Source: an uncultured Candidatus Rokubacteria bacterium
GTDB taxonomy: Bacteria > Methylomirabilota > Methylomirabilia > Rokubacteriales > DASRDR01
Reading direction: 5' to 3'
Assembly (NCBI GenBank): GCA_963826115.1
Contig: CAWGVS010000005.1
Location: forward strand, 160,001-224,000
DNA: 64,000 bases
Part shown: in pieces, positions 41,170-51,194 of the stretch
How the letters are laid out: each line of letters opens with the position of its first letter
Position numbering within the stretch: position 1 is the stretch's first letter
The notes under the pieces: model-generated
What the model was told of the DNA's origin: nothing
The model's database searches: none
Seen by the model: the letters and a program-made list of their open reading frames with translations, nothing else
Translations under genes and position numbers: made by a program

Positions 41170-41496
41170 ATGGCGGTGTCGATGACCCCGGTGGCCGTCG
41201 ATCGGGTCAAGGACCTGATGACGAGCCAGAAGCTCGACAACGCCTTCCTGCGGATGGGTGTGCGGGGAGGCGGTTGCTCGGGCATGACCTACGACCTCCA
41301 GTTCGACAGTGAGCTGCGGAAGCACGACAAGCAGTTCGAGATCGAGGGGGTCAAGGTCGTCGTGGACGTCAAGAGCTACCTGTATCTGAACGGAACGACG
41401 CTCGACTACGTCACCCAGGGGCTGACTGGCGGGTTTACCTTCGTGAACCCCAAGGCGAAGTCGAGCTGCGGCTGCGGCACGTCGTTCACGGCCTGA
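41170..41496 (+). CDS. iscA: A-type Fe-S carrier IscA
   Basis: GGGCSG, NP...SCGCGTSF. Confidence 0.95.
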   Translation: MAVSMTPVAVDRVKDLMTSQKLDNAFLRMGVRGGGCSGMTYDLQFDSELRKHDKQFEIEGVKVVVDVKSYLYLNGTTLDYVTQGLTGGFTFVNPKAKSSCGCGTSFTA

Positions 41497-41565
41497 GTTT
41501 TTTCACACGGGGCGGGGCGAGCGGCATCCCGACCTGACTCGAGGCGGAGCGGACAGCGATCTCTG

Positions 41566-41597
41566 ACCGGGCCTCCTCCGAGGCCCGGTTGGTGTTT
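41566..41597 (+). terminator. Intra-operon hairpin between iscA and hscB
   Basis: ACCGGGCCTC-CTCC-GAGGCCCGGT followed by TGGTGTTT. Confidence 0.55.
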
Positions 41598-41615
41598 GGG
41601 GGACTGACGGCGGAG

Positions 41616-42299
41616 ATGGCGGGCGAGCGAGAGGGATCGAAGTGCTGGGGGTGCGGCGCGGTCGCGCGCGACGGGGAGGTCTGCCCCGAGTGCGGCCGGC
41701 TTCAGCCCTTCTCCGCTGGGGGCGACCACTGGACGGTGCTCGGGCTGGAGCGCCGGCTGGGACTCGATCGTCCCGATCTCGAGCGGCGCTTCCACGATCT
41801 GAACCGGCGCCTTCACCCGGACTACTTCCGGCTGCGGTCGCCGGAGGAGCAGGGTATCAGCCTGGAAGCCTCGGCGGCCGTGAACCGGGCCTATCGCGCG
41901 CTGCGCGATCCGGTCAGCCGCGTGGAGTACCTGCTGGAGCTCGAGGGGCTGGGGCTCGGAACAGCCGGGCAGGCGAAGCCGCCGGCGGATCTGTTCGAGG
42001 AGATCCTGGAGCTCCAGGAGGCGCGGATGGAGCTCCAGACTGCCGACCCCGACGAGGCGCCGGCGCTGCGCGCCCGCCTGGAAGCGTCCCGGGCGGAGCT
42101 GGAGGCCCGGCGCGCCGGGGCGGAGAGCGAGCTGACGGCCTGCTTCCCGGAGTGGGACGCGGGCGACGCCGCCACACGGCGTCGGGTGCTTGGCCGGATG
42201 CGTGACATCCTCGCGACCCGGGCATATCTCCGGACGGTCCTTCGCGACCTGGGCGCCGCGCTCGCCGTCCCAAGCGATGGAGGACCGACGGACCCATGA
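41616..42299 (+). CDS. hscB: Co-chaperone HscB with N-terminal tetra-Cys metal-binding domain
   Basis: CWGC...CPEC; J-domain LHPD; VNRAYRALRDP..R.EYLL. Confidence 0.92.
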   Translation: MAGEREGSKCWGCGAVARDGEVCPECGRLQPFSAGGDHWTVLGLERRLGLDRPDLERRFHDLNRRLHPDYFRLRSPEEQGISLEASAAVNRAYRALRDPVSRVEYLLELEGLGLGTAGQAKPPADLFEEILELQEARMELQTADPDEAPALRARLEASRAELEARRAGAESELTACFPEWDAGDAATRRRVLGRMRDILATRAYLRTVLRDLGAALAVPSDGGPTDP

Positions 42300-44185
42300 C
42301 GGACCTGAAGATCGGCGTGGCCCCCGGGATGCGGGGCGACGCGGCAACCAAGGAGCTCGTGGTCGGGATCGACCTCGGGACCACGAACAGCCTGGTGGCG
42401 TACATGGATCGGGGCGTGCCCCAGGTGATCCGGGATGCCGATGGCCGGGGCCTCGTGCCCTCCGTCGTGGCGTTCGGGCCCACGGGCTCCGTGGTCGGCG
42501 ACGCCGCGCGCCGGATGCTCGTGCGGAACGCGGAGCGCGCGGTGTACTCCGTCAAGCGTTTCATGGGGAAAGGCTTCGAGGACGTCCGCGAAGAGCTGCG
42601 GTACTTCCCGTTCCACGTCACGCCGAGCCAGGAGATCGTCCGCATTCGGATCGGCGACCGCGAGCTCACGCCGCCCGAGATCTCGGCCCTGATCCTCCGC
42701 GAGCTGAGGACGCGTGCCGAGCGTCACTTCGGCCGTCCGGTGGAGAAGGCGGTCATCACGGTGCCCGCCTACTTCAACGACGCCCAGCGCCAGGCGACGA
42801 AGGACGCCGGCCGGATCGCCGGGCTGGACGTCCTCCGGATCGTCAACGAGCCGACTGCGGCGTGCCTCGCCTACGGGCTCCAGCGACGGAAGGAAGGCGT
42901 GATCGCCGTCTACGACCTCGGCGGCGGCACCTTCGACGTCTCGATCCTGAAGGTCAAGGACGGCATCTTCGAGGTGCTGGCGACCAACGGGGACACCCAT
43001 CTCGGCGGGGACGACTTCGACCGCGCCTTGGTGGACCTCGTCGTGGACCAGCTCCGGACCCGGCACGGTGTCGACGTCGCGGGCGAGGCGGAGACGCTCC
43101 AGGAGATCCGTCTCGGTGTGGAGGCCGCCCGCATCCTGCTGTCGAGCGAGGAGCGGACGGTCCTGACCCTCCCGCTCCCGCAGCACGACCTGACCTACCG
43201 GTGGGAGCTCAGTCGGAGCGAGATGGAGTCGGCGATCGGCCCCATCGTGTCGCGGACGCTCGGGCCCTGCCGGGCGGCCATCGCCGATTCGGGCCTGGGC
43301 CTCGAGGGGATCGACGAGGTGGTCCTGGTGGGCGGGGCCACGCGGACGCCCCTGGTGCGGCGGAGGGTGCAGGAGCTGTTCGGGCGGCCGCCTCATTCCG
43401 AGCTGAACCCCGACGAGGTCGTCGCGCTCGGCGCTGCCGTCCAGGCGGACATCCTCGCCGGCGGGACGACGCACATGCTTCTCCTCGACGTCACCCCGCT
43501 ATCGCTCGGCATCGAGACACTGGGCGGCGCCGTGAGCGTGCTGATCCCCCGCAATACCACGATCCCGACGTCCGCGAACGAGGGGTTCACGACGTCGGTG
43601 GACGGGCAGTCGGTCGTGGACATGCACGTGGTCCAGGGGGAGCGCGACCTCGCGCAGGACAACCGGAGCCTCGCGCGATTCGACCTCCGGGGCATCCCGC
43701 CCATGCCGGCGGGTCTCCCGCGCATCGAGGTGACCTTCCTGATCGACGCGAACGGCATCCTGAGCGTGACGGCGAAGGAGGTCCGGAGCGGCACCCAGGC
43801 CTCCGTCGAGGTGCGGCCGACCTACGGCCTGAGCGACGCCGAGGTCGAGCGGATGATCGACGAGTCGCTCGAGCACGCCGAGGCCGACGTCCGGGCGCGC
43901 GGGCTCATCGACGCGCGGAACGAGGCCGACACCGTGCTGCGCGCGACCGAGAAGGCTCTGGTGCAGGGGGCCGAGTTCCTCGAGGCCGAAGAGGCGGCGC
44001 GGATCCGCGAGGCCGTGGCGGCGCTCGCGCGGGCCCGCCAGGGCGAGGACGCGGACCTGATCCGGGAGGCGACGGACCGAGTGAACCACGAGACCCAGCA
44101 GCTCGCCGAGCGGCTCATGGACTCCGCCCTCCGCGAGTCCCTCCGGGAGCGCCGGGTGGCCGACCTGCCGGCGGGGGAGCGCTGA
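42296..44185 (+). CDS. hscA: Hsp70-type chaperone HscA
   Basis: GIDLGTTNS, VITVPAYFNDAQRQATKDAG, DLGGGTFD; isc context. Confidence 0.93.
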   Translation: MTDLKIGVAPGMRGDAATKELVVGIDLGTTNSLVAYMDRGVPQVIRDADGRGLVPSVVAFGPTGSVVGDAARRMLVRNAERAVYSVKRFMGKGFEDVREELRYFPFHVTPSQEIVRIRIGDRELTPPEISALILRELRTRAERHFGRPVEKAVITVPAYFNDAQRQATKDAGRIAGLDVLRIVNEPTAACLAYGLQRRKEGVIAVYDLGGGTFDVSILKVKDGIFEVLATNGDTHLGGDDFDRALVDLVVDQLRTRHGVDVAGEAETLQEIRLGVEAARILLSSEERTVLTLPLPQHDLTYRWELSRSEMESAIGPIVSRTLGPCRAAIADSGLGLEGIDEVVLVGGATRTPLVRRRVQELFGRPPHSELNPDEVVALGAAVQADILAGGTTHMLLLDVTPLSLGIETLGGAVSVLIPRNTTIPTSANEGFTTSVDGQSVVDMHVVQGERDLAQDNRSLARFDLRGIPPMPAGLPRIEVTFLIDANGILSVTAKEVRSGTQASVEVRPTYGLSDAEVERMIDESLEHAEADVRARGLIDARNEADTVLRATEKALVQGAEFLEAEEAARIREAVAALARARQGEDADLIREATDRVNHETQQLAERLMDSALRESLRERRVADLPAGER

Positions 44186-44187
44186 CC

Positions 44188-44511
44188 ATGGCCCGCTACC
44201 GGGTCACGTTCCGGCCGGCGAACGTCACGGTGGAGGTCGATGACAAGGACTTTCCGTACGGCGACCACGGGAAGCCCGGGTCACTCCTCGACATCGCCCT
44301 CCACCACGGGATCCGCCTGGACCACAACTGCGGAGGTAACTGCGCCTGCACGACGTGCCACGTCGTCGTCAAGGAGGGCGAGGAGAACCTCTCGCCCATG
44401 GAGTCCGACGAGGAGGACCGCCTCGACACCGCGACGGGCCTGACCCTCCACTCGCGGCTCGGTTGTCAGGCGATCGTGCAGGGCGACGTCGTCGTCGACG
44501 TCGTGGAGTGA
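44188..44511 (+). CDS. fdx: ISC 2Fe-2S ferredoxin
   Basis: HNCGGNCACTTCH...SRLGCQ. Confidence 0.93.
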   Translation: MARYRVTFRPANVTVEVDDKDFPYGDHGKPGSLLDIALHHGIRLDHNCGGNCACTTCHVVVKEGEENLSPMESDEEDRLDTATGLTLHSRLGCQAIVQGDVVVDVVE

Positions 44512-44524
44512 CGGACGGAGGACC

Positions 44525-44734
44525 ATGAGCATCACGTGGCAGGACACCGAGGACATCGCGATCGCGCTGGCCGAGCGCCACCCGGACACCGACCCCCTGA
44601 CGGTGCGGTTCACCGATCTCCACCGGTGGGTGACCGAGCTCCCCGGGTTCTCCGACGACCCGAAGGCGTCGACCGAGGGCAAGCTCGAGGCCATCCAGAT
44701 GGCGTGGCTCGAGGAGTTCCGCGCCAACCAGTGA
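44525..44734 (+). CDS. iscX: Fe-S assembly protein IscX
   Basis: W.D..DIAIAL...HPD.DP.TVRFTDLH.WV..LPGF.DDP....EGKLEAIQMAW. Confidence 0.95.
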   Translation: MSITWQDTEDIAIALAERHPDTDPLTVRFTDLHRWVTELPGFSDDPKASTEGKLEAIQMAWLEEFRANQ

Positions 44735-44745
44735 GGGCGGAGGCG

Positions 44746-45009
44746 CTACCAGGTGACGACGGAGTCCGCCGCGAAGACGAGATCCAGGAGCTCGGCCGGG
44801 CCGATCGTGCCCGGGCCGATCGCGTCCGGGAGGCCCGGATGGTCGTCGCGCAGGCGGTAGACGCGGCCCGGCAGCGGCTCGACGAGCCGCACGGCGTCGT
44901 GCATCAGCACGACCGAGACCTGCATGCTCGGATCAGCCGCCTGGGCGCGGATGACCTCGAGCGCGGCCGCGTCGGCCGGATTCTTCACGAGGTGCAGGAC
45001 GTGCGCCAC
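44746..45009 (-). CDS. DsrH/TusB-like protein
   Basis: VLHLVK, VVLMHDAV, LLDLVFAADSVVTW; last of a three-gene set. Confidence 0.72.
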   Translation of the reverse strand: MAHVLHLVKNPADAAALEVIRAQAADPSMQVSVVLMHDAVRLVEPLPGRVYRLRDDHPGLPDAIGPGTIGPAELLDLVFAADSVVTW

Positions 45010-45015
45010 GGCCGG

Positions 45016-45378
45016 CTAGAACACGAGCGCCCGGCGGCTCTCGGCGAGGAGGCCGGCGAGCGCGGCCCGGTCGAGCGGCACCAGCGGGAGCCCGAGCGGG
45101 TTCCAGCCCGGGTCCGTCCGCCAGGCGTCCCGCTCGACGTGGAACGCCTGGCCCAGCTTCTTGAGCGTGCCGAGGTGCCGCAGGAGATCCTCCCCGTCCA
45201 CGTAGTCCTCGACGTCCGCATCGAGGACCTTGGCGCCCGCGCCGAGGAGCGCGATCGTCACGGCGTTCTCGCCCGCGAGGATGCCGAGCGCGATTCGCAC
45301 CGCCTCGTTGGCGCGATGGGACGTCTCGGGGTCGACGGACACGGCGACGAGGACGGGGTGCTGGGTCTCGGTCGTCAC
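45016..45378 (-). CDS. DsrF/TusC-like protein
   Basis: DPETSHRANEAVRIALG, FHVERDA; no Cys. Confidence 0.72.
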   Translation of the reverse strand: MTTETQHPVLVAVSVDPETSHRANEAVRIALGILAGENAVTIALLGAGAKVLDADVEDYVDGEDLLRHLGTLKKLGQAFHVERDAWRTDPGWNPLGLPLVPLDRAALAGLLAESRRALVF

Positions 45379-45405
45379 GGGAGGTCGGCGGCGCGGCGGG
45401 TGCCG

Positions 45406-45744
45406 TCAGTTGAGCGCGACGAAGCGCTCGGTGCCGTTGATGAGGTCCGTGAGGACGACGAGGCCGCAGTATGTCGCCTTGTCCGTGATCGGCAGGCGGC
45501 GGCGCTGGCAGCCGTAGGCGCAGACGAAGAGCTTCGCGCCGCGACGGCCGAGCTCCAGCACGCGCTCGTCGTCGATGTTGCGGACGCCGTCGTCCACCAT
45601 GTAGAGGTACAGGTCCACGCCACGGTCGAGGGCCGCGCGGGCGAGCCCCAGCCCCGTCTCGAGATTGGGGTGACCCGGGTCGGTGGAGAGGAGCATTCCG
45701 AGCTTCCGGCCGCGCAGATCCCGTCTCGCGACCTCGACGCTCAT
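45406..45744 (-). CDS. DsrE/TusD-like sulfur-relay protein
   Basis: LARAALDRG..LYLYMVDDGV; LFVCAYGCQRR with the conserved DsrE Cys. Confidence 0.82.
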   Translation of the reverse strand: MSVEVARRDLRGRKLGMLLSTDPGHPNLETGLGLARAALDRGVDLYLYMVDDGVRNIDDERVLELGRRGAKLFVCAYGCQRRRLPITDKATYCGLVVLTDLINGTERFVALN

Positions 45745-45753
45745 TGCGCGTCA

Positions 45754-45782
45754 ACGCTAACATTCGGTCGATACGCTGTCAA
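45754..45782 (-). promoter_or_regulatory. Sigma-70 promoter for the dsrEFH-like genes (nearly leaderless)
   Basis: Minus strand TTGACA-N17-TAGCGT with TG extension; ATG 9 nt downstream. Confidence 0.6.
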
Positions 45783-45836
45783 CGCGCGGAGCCTCGCGCG
45801 GCGGCGTGGCGACCGCAGAACGAGGTGAAGAACGTC

Positions 45837-46991
45837 ATGCGACGCGTCTATCTCGATCACAACGCCTCCACGCCGGTGCACCCCGACGTCCTGGCGGCGA
45901 TGATGCCCTACTTCTCGGAGCGCTTCGGCAACGCGTCGAGCATCCACGGCTTCGGCCGGGAGGCCCGAGAAGGCATCGACGTCGCGCGGGAGAGCATCGC
46001 GCGCTTCCTCGGCGTCACGCCGGACGAGATCGTGTTCACGTCGGGCGGCACGGAGTCCGACAACCTCGCGGTCAAGGGCGTGGCGGGCGCGCGCCCGGGC
46101 GGGCACATCATCTCGACCGTGGTCGAGCACCACGCGCTTCTGCGGACCTGCCAGGCGCTGGAGAAGACTGGCCACGCGGTGACGTACCTACCCGTCGACG
46201 GGGATGGGCTGGTGGATCCGGACGACGTGCGCCGGGCGATCCGACCGGACACGATCCTGATCTCCATCCAGACGGCGAACAGCGAGACCGGCACCCTGAT
46301 GCCGTTCGCGGAGATCGGGCGCATCGCGGCCGAGCGCAACATCCCGTTCCACGCCGACGGGGTCCAGACCTTCGGCAAGATCCCCATCTCGCCGCGGGAG
46401 ACCGGGCTCACCCTCATGTCGATGTCGGGGCACAAGATCTACGGGCCGAAGGGCATCGGCGCCCTCTACATCGCCAAGGGCACCCGCATGGTGTCGGTCC
46501 AGCACGGCGGAGACCACGAGCGGCGGCGTCGGGCCGGCACCGAGCACGTCCCCGGCATCGTGGGGTTCGGCAAGGCGGTCGAGCTTCGGGCCCTCCACAT
46601 GGCCGAGGAGGCCGTGCGGGTGACCGGGCTGCGCGATCGGCTGTGGGAGGGCGTGCGGCGCAGCGTGGCGGACGTCCGGCTGAACGGCCATCCCACGCGC
46701 CGGCTGCCCGGCACGCTGAACATGAGCTTCCGCGGCATCGAGGCGGAGTCGATCATCCTGGGGCTCGATCTCAAGGGCATCGGGACGTCGGCGGGCTCGG
46801 CGTGCACCTCCGGGAGCCTCGAGCCGTCTTACGTGATCACGGCCATGGGCATCCCGGTGGACTGGGCGCTCGGCGCGGTGCGGACGTCACTCGGCGCGAG
46901 CACGACGACGGAGGACATCGACTACGTCCTCGACATCCTGGCGCCGCTCGTCCGGAAGATCAGGGCCATGTCGCCGGCCGGGGCGGCCTAG
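45837..46991 (+). CDS. Second NifS/IscS-type cysteine desulfurase (canonical active site)
   Basis: YLDHNASTP, VEHHA, DGVQ, SGHKIYGPKG, SAGSACTS. Confidence 0.93.
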   Translation: MRRVYLDHNASTPVHPDVLAAMMPYFSERFGNASSIHGFGREAREGIDVARESIARFLGVTPDEIVFTSGGTESDNLAVKGVAGARPGGHIISTVVEHHALLRTCQALEKTGHAVTYLPVDGDGLVDPDDVRRAIRPDTILISIQTANSETGTLMPFAEIGRIAAERNIPFHADGVQTFGKIPISPRETGLTLMSMSGHKIYGPKGIGALYIAKGTRMVSVQHGGDHERRRRAGTEHVPGIVGFGKAVELRALHMAEEAVRVTGLRDRLWEGVRRSVADVRLNGHPTRRLPGTLNMSFRGIEAESIILGLDLKGIGTSAGSACTSGSLEPSYVITAMGIPVDWALGAVRTSLGASTTTEDIDYVLDILAPLVRKIRAMSPAGAA

Positions 46992-47016
46992 GGAGCCGGC
47001 GGCCCGCCGCGCGACG

Positions 47017-47403
47017 ATGTACAGCGAGACGCTCCTCGACCACTTCCGTGAGCCCCGCAACGTCGGGATGATGCGGAGTCCCGACGCGGTCGGCGAGAGC
47101 GAGGACCCGCGCTGCCGGGACCTGGCGCGCTTCTACCTCCGCATCGAGAACGACCGGGTGCGCGAGGCGCGGTTCCTGACCTACGGCTGCGGGCCGTCCA
47201 TCGCGGCGTCGAGCATCGCCACGGAGCTGGTCCGCGACCGGCCGGTCGACGCGCTCGGGGAGCTGACGCCCGAGGCCGTGGAGTCGGCCCTGGGCGGGCT
47301 GCCGGAGGACCGGCGGCACGCGGCGACGATGGTGGTCGATGCGCTCAGGAGCGCCCTCCGGCACTACCGGGCGGGCGCGCCCCGGGAGACGAGCCATGCT
47401 TGA
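47017..47403 (+). CDS. IscU/NifU-N-like protein with only two Cys
   Basis: [22 protein letters not shown]; LPEDRRHA in place of LPPVKIHC. Confidence 0.88.
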   Translation: MYSETLLDHFREPRNVGMMRSPDAVGESEDPRCRDLARFYLRIENDRVREARFLTYGCGPSIAASSIATELVRDRPVDALGELTPEAVESALGGLPEDRRHAATMVVDALRSALRHYRAGAPRETSHA

Positions 47404-48073
47404 GGCGTTCCGGCGAGACGTGACGGCGGCGATGGAACGCGACCCCGCGGTGCGGAGTCGGCTCGAGGTCGTGCTCTGCTATCCGGGCGTCCACGCGCTC
47501 GCCTTCCACCGTCTGGCGCACGGGCTCTGGCGGCGCCAGTGGTGGGTCCTGGCGCGGGTCGTGTCCCACGTCTCGAGGTTCCTGACGGGCATCGAGATCC
47601 ACCCGGGCGCCCGCATTGGCTCCGGCGTGTTCATCGACCACGGCATGGGCCTGGTGATCGGCGAGACCGCGGAGGTCGGCGACGACGTCACCCTCTACCA
47701 GGGCGTGACCCTCGGCGGCACCAGCCTGAAGCGCGAGAAGCGGCATCCCACGCTCGAGCGCGACGTCGTCGTCGGCACCGGCGCGGCGGTGATCGGCGCG
47801 ATCCGGGTGGGAGAGGGGGCCCGCATCGGCGCGGGTTCGGTCGTGGTGACGGAGGTCCCGCCGAACTCCGTCGTGGTCGGCGTTCCGGGCAAGGTGATCT
47901 ACCGCGACGGCCAGAAGGTCGCGCCGCGCCTCGATCTCGAGCACGCGGATCTTCCTGATCCCCTGACCAAGGCGGTCGAGCAGATGCTCGATCGCATCCA
48001 CGCCCTCGAGGCCGAGGTCCGGTCGCTTCGGCGCGCGGTCGACCAGCCAGTGGAGCCCGACACCCGCCCGTGA
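47396..48073 (+). CDS. cysE: Serine O-acetyltransferase
   Basis: [15 protein letters not shown]...FIDHGMG, GVTLGGT...KRHP. Confidence 0.95.
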   Translation: MLEAFRRDVTAAMERDPAVRSRLEVVLCYPGVHALAFHRLAHGLWRRQWWVLARVVSHVSRFLTGIEIHPGARIGSGVFIDHGMGLVIGETAEVGDDVTLYQGVTLGGTSLKREKRHPTLERDVVVGTGAAVIGAIRVGEGARIGAGSVVVTEVPPNSVVVGVPGKVIYRDGQKVAPRLDLEHADLPDPLTKAVEQMLDRIHALEAEVRSLRRAVDQPVEPDTRP

Positions 48074-48128
48074 CGGGGGCGCGCCGGCCGCGACCGGTCC
48101 GCTCGCGATCCGGAAGGCGTCCCTCGAC

Positions 48129-49394
<1,266 letters not shown>

Positions 49395-49444
49395 CGGGCG
49401 CGCAGCCTCGCGCCGCCCCACCGCGCTCGGCGCCCGGCCTGACG

Positions 49445-49474
49445 TTGGCGCTCGCGGCGGCACCGCGATAGAAT
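49445..49474 (+). promoter_or_regulatory. Promoter for a leaderless transcript of the ferritin-like operon
   Basis: TTGGCG-N18-TAGAAT; ATG 6 nt after the -10; no Shine-Dalgarno. Confidence 0.55.
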
Positions 49475-49480
49475 CGGCGC

Positions 49481-50236
49481 ATGGAACGCCCGATCGCGTA
49501 CGACAAGCTGGCTCGCGAGGACCGCTTCGTCAGGATGCGCGCCCGCCGGGTGGGGGACATCCGGGCCGAGCAGGGCCTGCCGCGGATGCCCGATCTGTCG
49601 TCGGTCGAGTCGATCCGAGAGCGCGTCCACGGGATCCTCGTCGGGGAGCTTCAGGCGATGGAGGGGGCGGGCCGCACGGTCTATGACTTCCCGGACGCGC
49701 CGTGGGAGTTCACCATGGACATGGCGCGCCAGACCTGGGACGAGTCGCGCCACGTCGAGGTGTTCAGCCGCCTCCTGGAGCATCTCGGCGGCTACATCGG
49801 CGAGTTCCCCGAGACGACGATTCTCTGGCGGTGCGCCTGCGCGGAGGACGCCGCGGCGCGTGTGGCGGGCGTGAACCGGGGGCTCGAGGGCCTCGCCTGC
49901 GACGTGTTTGCCCAGCTGGTCGAGATCGCCCGGCGCCTGCCGGACCCGACGATCGCGCAGTCGGTGGACTACGTCCTGGCCGACGAGATCACTCACGTCC
50001 GGATGGGCTCCTACTGGCTGAACAAGCTGACCGAGGGCGATCCGGAGCGCCGCCAGCGAGCCGTCGAGTTCCAGGAGTCCATCGACGACCGGTTCAACCT
50101 GGGCGGCATGCGGCGCGAGGGCCGGGCCGACGAGGTCCCGATCGCGATCGCCACCGAGTATCGGAAGCTGGCCGGCTTCACCGACGAAGAGATCGACCGT
50201 CTCGTCAAGAGCACGCAGCGCAGTCCCGTCTACTAG
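49481..50236 (+). CDS. Ferritin-like diiron-carboxylate protein (DUF455-like)
   Basis: E...DESRH...E...DEITH ligand pattern. Confidence 0.85.
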   Translation: MERPIAYDKLAREDRFVRMRARRVGDIRAEQGLPRMPDLSSVESIRERVHGILVGELQAMEGAGRTVYDFPDAPWEFTMDMARQTWDESRHVEVFSRLLEHLGGYIGEFPETTILWRCACAEDAAARVAGVNRGLEGLACDVFAQLVEIARRLPDPTIAQSVDYVLADEITHVRMGSYWLNKLTEGDPERRQRAVEFQESIDDRFNLGGMRREGRADEVPIAIATEYRKLAGFTDEEIDRLVKSTQRSPVY

Positions 50237-50239
50237 CCC

Positions 50240-50845
50240 GTGACCGAGGTCTCGCCCGCGCCCCCGGACCAGCCTGCCCAGGAGCTGGCCGGGCACCTGG
50301 GCGTCGAAGCCACCGCCCGCCGCGTGCGCCACTATCGCTACGCCGAGGAGCGGATGATGCGCGTGATGGCCGGCTGGATCGCGCTCACGCCCGAGCTTCC
50401 CGCGAAGCTGCTCCTGGGCCGCCAGGTCTGGGACTGCGCCCAGCACACGGACCAATGGGGGAAGCGCCTGCCGGAGCTCCGGGCGCCGGCCCAGGTGTCC
50501 GAGCCGCCGAGCCCCGAGTTCGTGCGCTTCCTGGACCTCCTCGAGAGCCGCGAGGCGTGGTCGGAGACGCTCGAGCGGCTGACCGGCGTCTACCGCGTCC
50601 TGAAGCCCCACCTCGTCGCCGTCTACGCCGCCCACCTGGATCGGGTGAACCCGGTGTACGAGCCGCCCACGCGCCGGATCCTGGAGCGTTGCCTCGCCGA
50701 CGAGCGGCGCCACGTGGCCGACGGCGAGGCCGTGCTGGATGCCCTCGCGCGGTCCCCGGAGGCTCGAGCGCGGATCACGGCGTGGGAGCGCGAGCTCCGC
50801 GACCGGCTGGACGCCTCCGGCGGCGTGACCGGGACCTCGGCGTGA
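50240..50845 (+). CDS. Degenerate ferritin-like protein
   Basis: Helical; GRQVWDCAQH and LADERRH parallel ARQTWDESRH and LADEITH of the upstream gene. Confidence 0.75.
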   Translation: MTEVSPAPPDQPAQELAGHLGVEATARRVRHYRYAEERMMRVMAGWIALTPELPAKLLLGRQVWDCAQHTDQWGKRLPELRAPAQVSEPPSPEFVRFLDLLESREAWSETLERLTGVYRVLKPHLVAVYAAHLDRVNPVYEPPTRRILERCLADERRHVADGEAVLDALARSPEARARITAWERELRDRLDASGGVTGTSA

Positions 50846-50850
50846 CGAGC

Positions 50851-51192
50851 ATGGGAGTGGACGAGGCGACCCGGAGTCACGCCGAGCGCGTCGTCCGGCG
50901 GGACTCACGGGCGCGCCAGGACCTCGCGCCCGGAGCGGAGATGACGCCGCCGGACCTCGTCGACTGGCTGCTGGGCCACCCCTTCGAGCGTTTCGAGCTC
51001 GTCGCCCACGCACGGATCGGCGCGCACCACATCTTCAAGACGAAGTTCGTCGGACCGACGACCGTGGTGGTCCAGGCGCGGTGGGCCGCCGGGGCCGACG
51101 GGCACTGGCAGATCCGCGAGGCCGAGGTCACCCGGACGGAGGGCGCTCCGGCCGGCGCGCTCCGCCCGGCGTCGCGGCCCGGGGAGGTCTGA
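50851..51192 (+). CDS. Small hypothetical protein (possible NTF2/SnoaL-like fold)
   Basis: Fills the operon gap; helix plus beta strands ending DGHWQIREAEV; alternative GTG at 50842 overlaps the upstream stop. Confidence 0.6.
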   Translation: MGVDEATRSHAERVVRRDSRARQDLAPGAEMTPPDLVDWLLGHPFERFELVAHARIGAHHIFKTKFVGPTTVVVQARWAAGADGHWQIREAEVTRTEGAPAGALRPASRPGEV

Positions 51193-51194
51193 CC

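Noticed and set aside
44746-45744. dsrEFH as evidence of dissimilatory sulfur metabolism
   Set aside because: No dsrAB, dsrC or dsrMKJOP in the window; the context is Fe-S and cysteine biosynthesis
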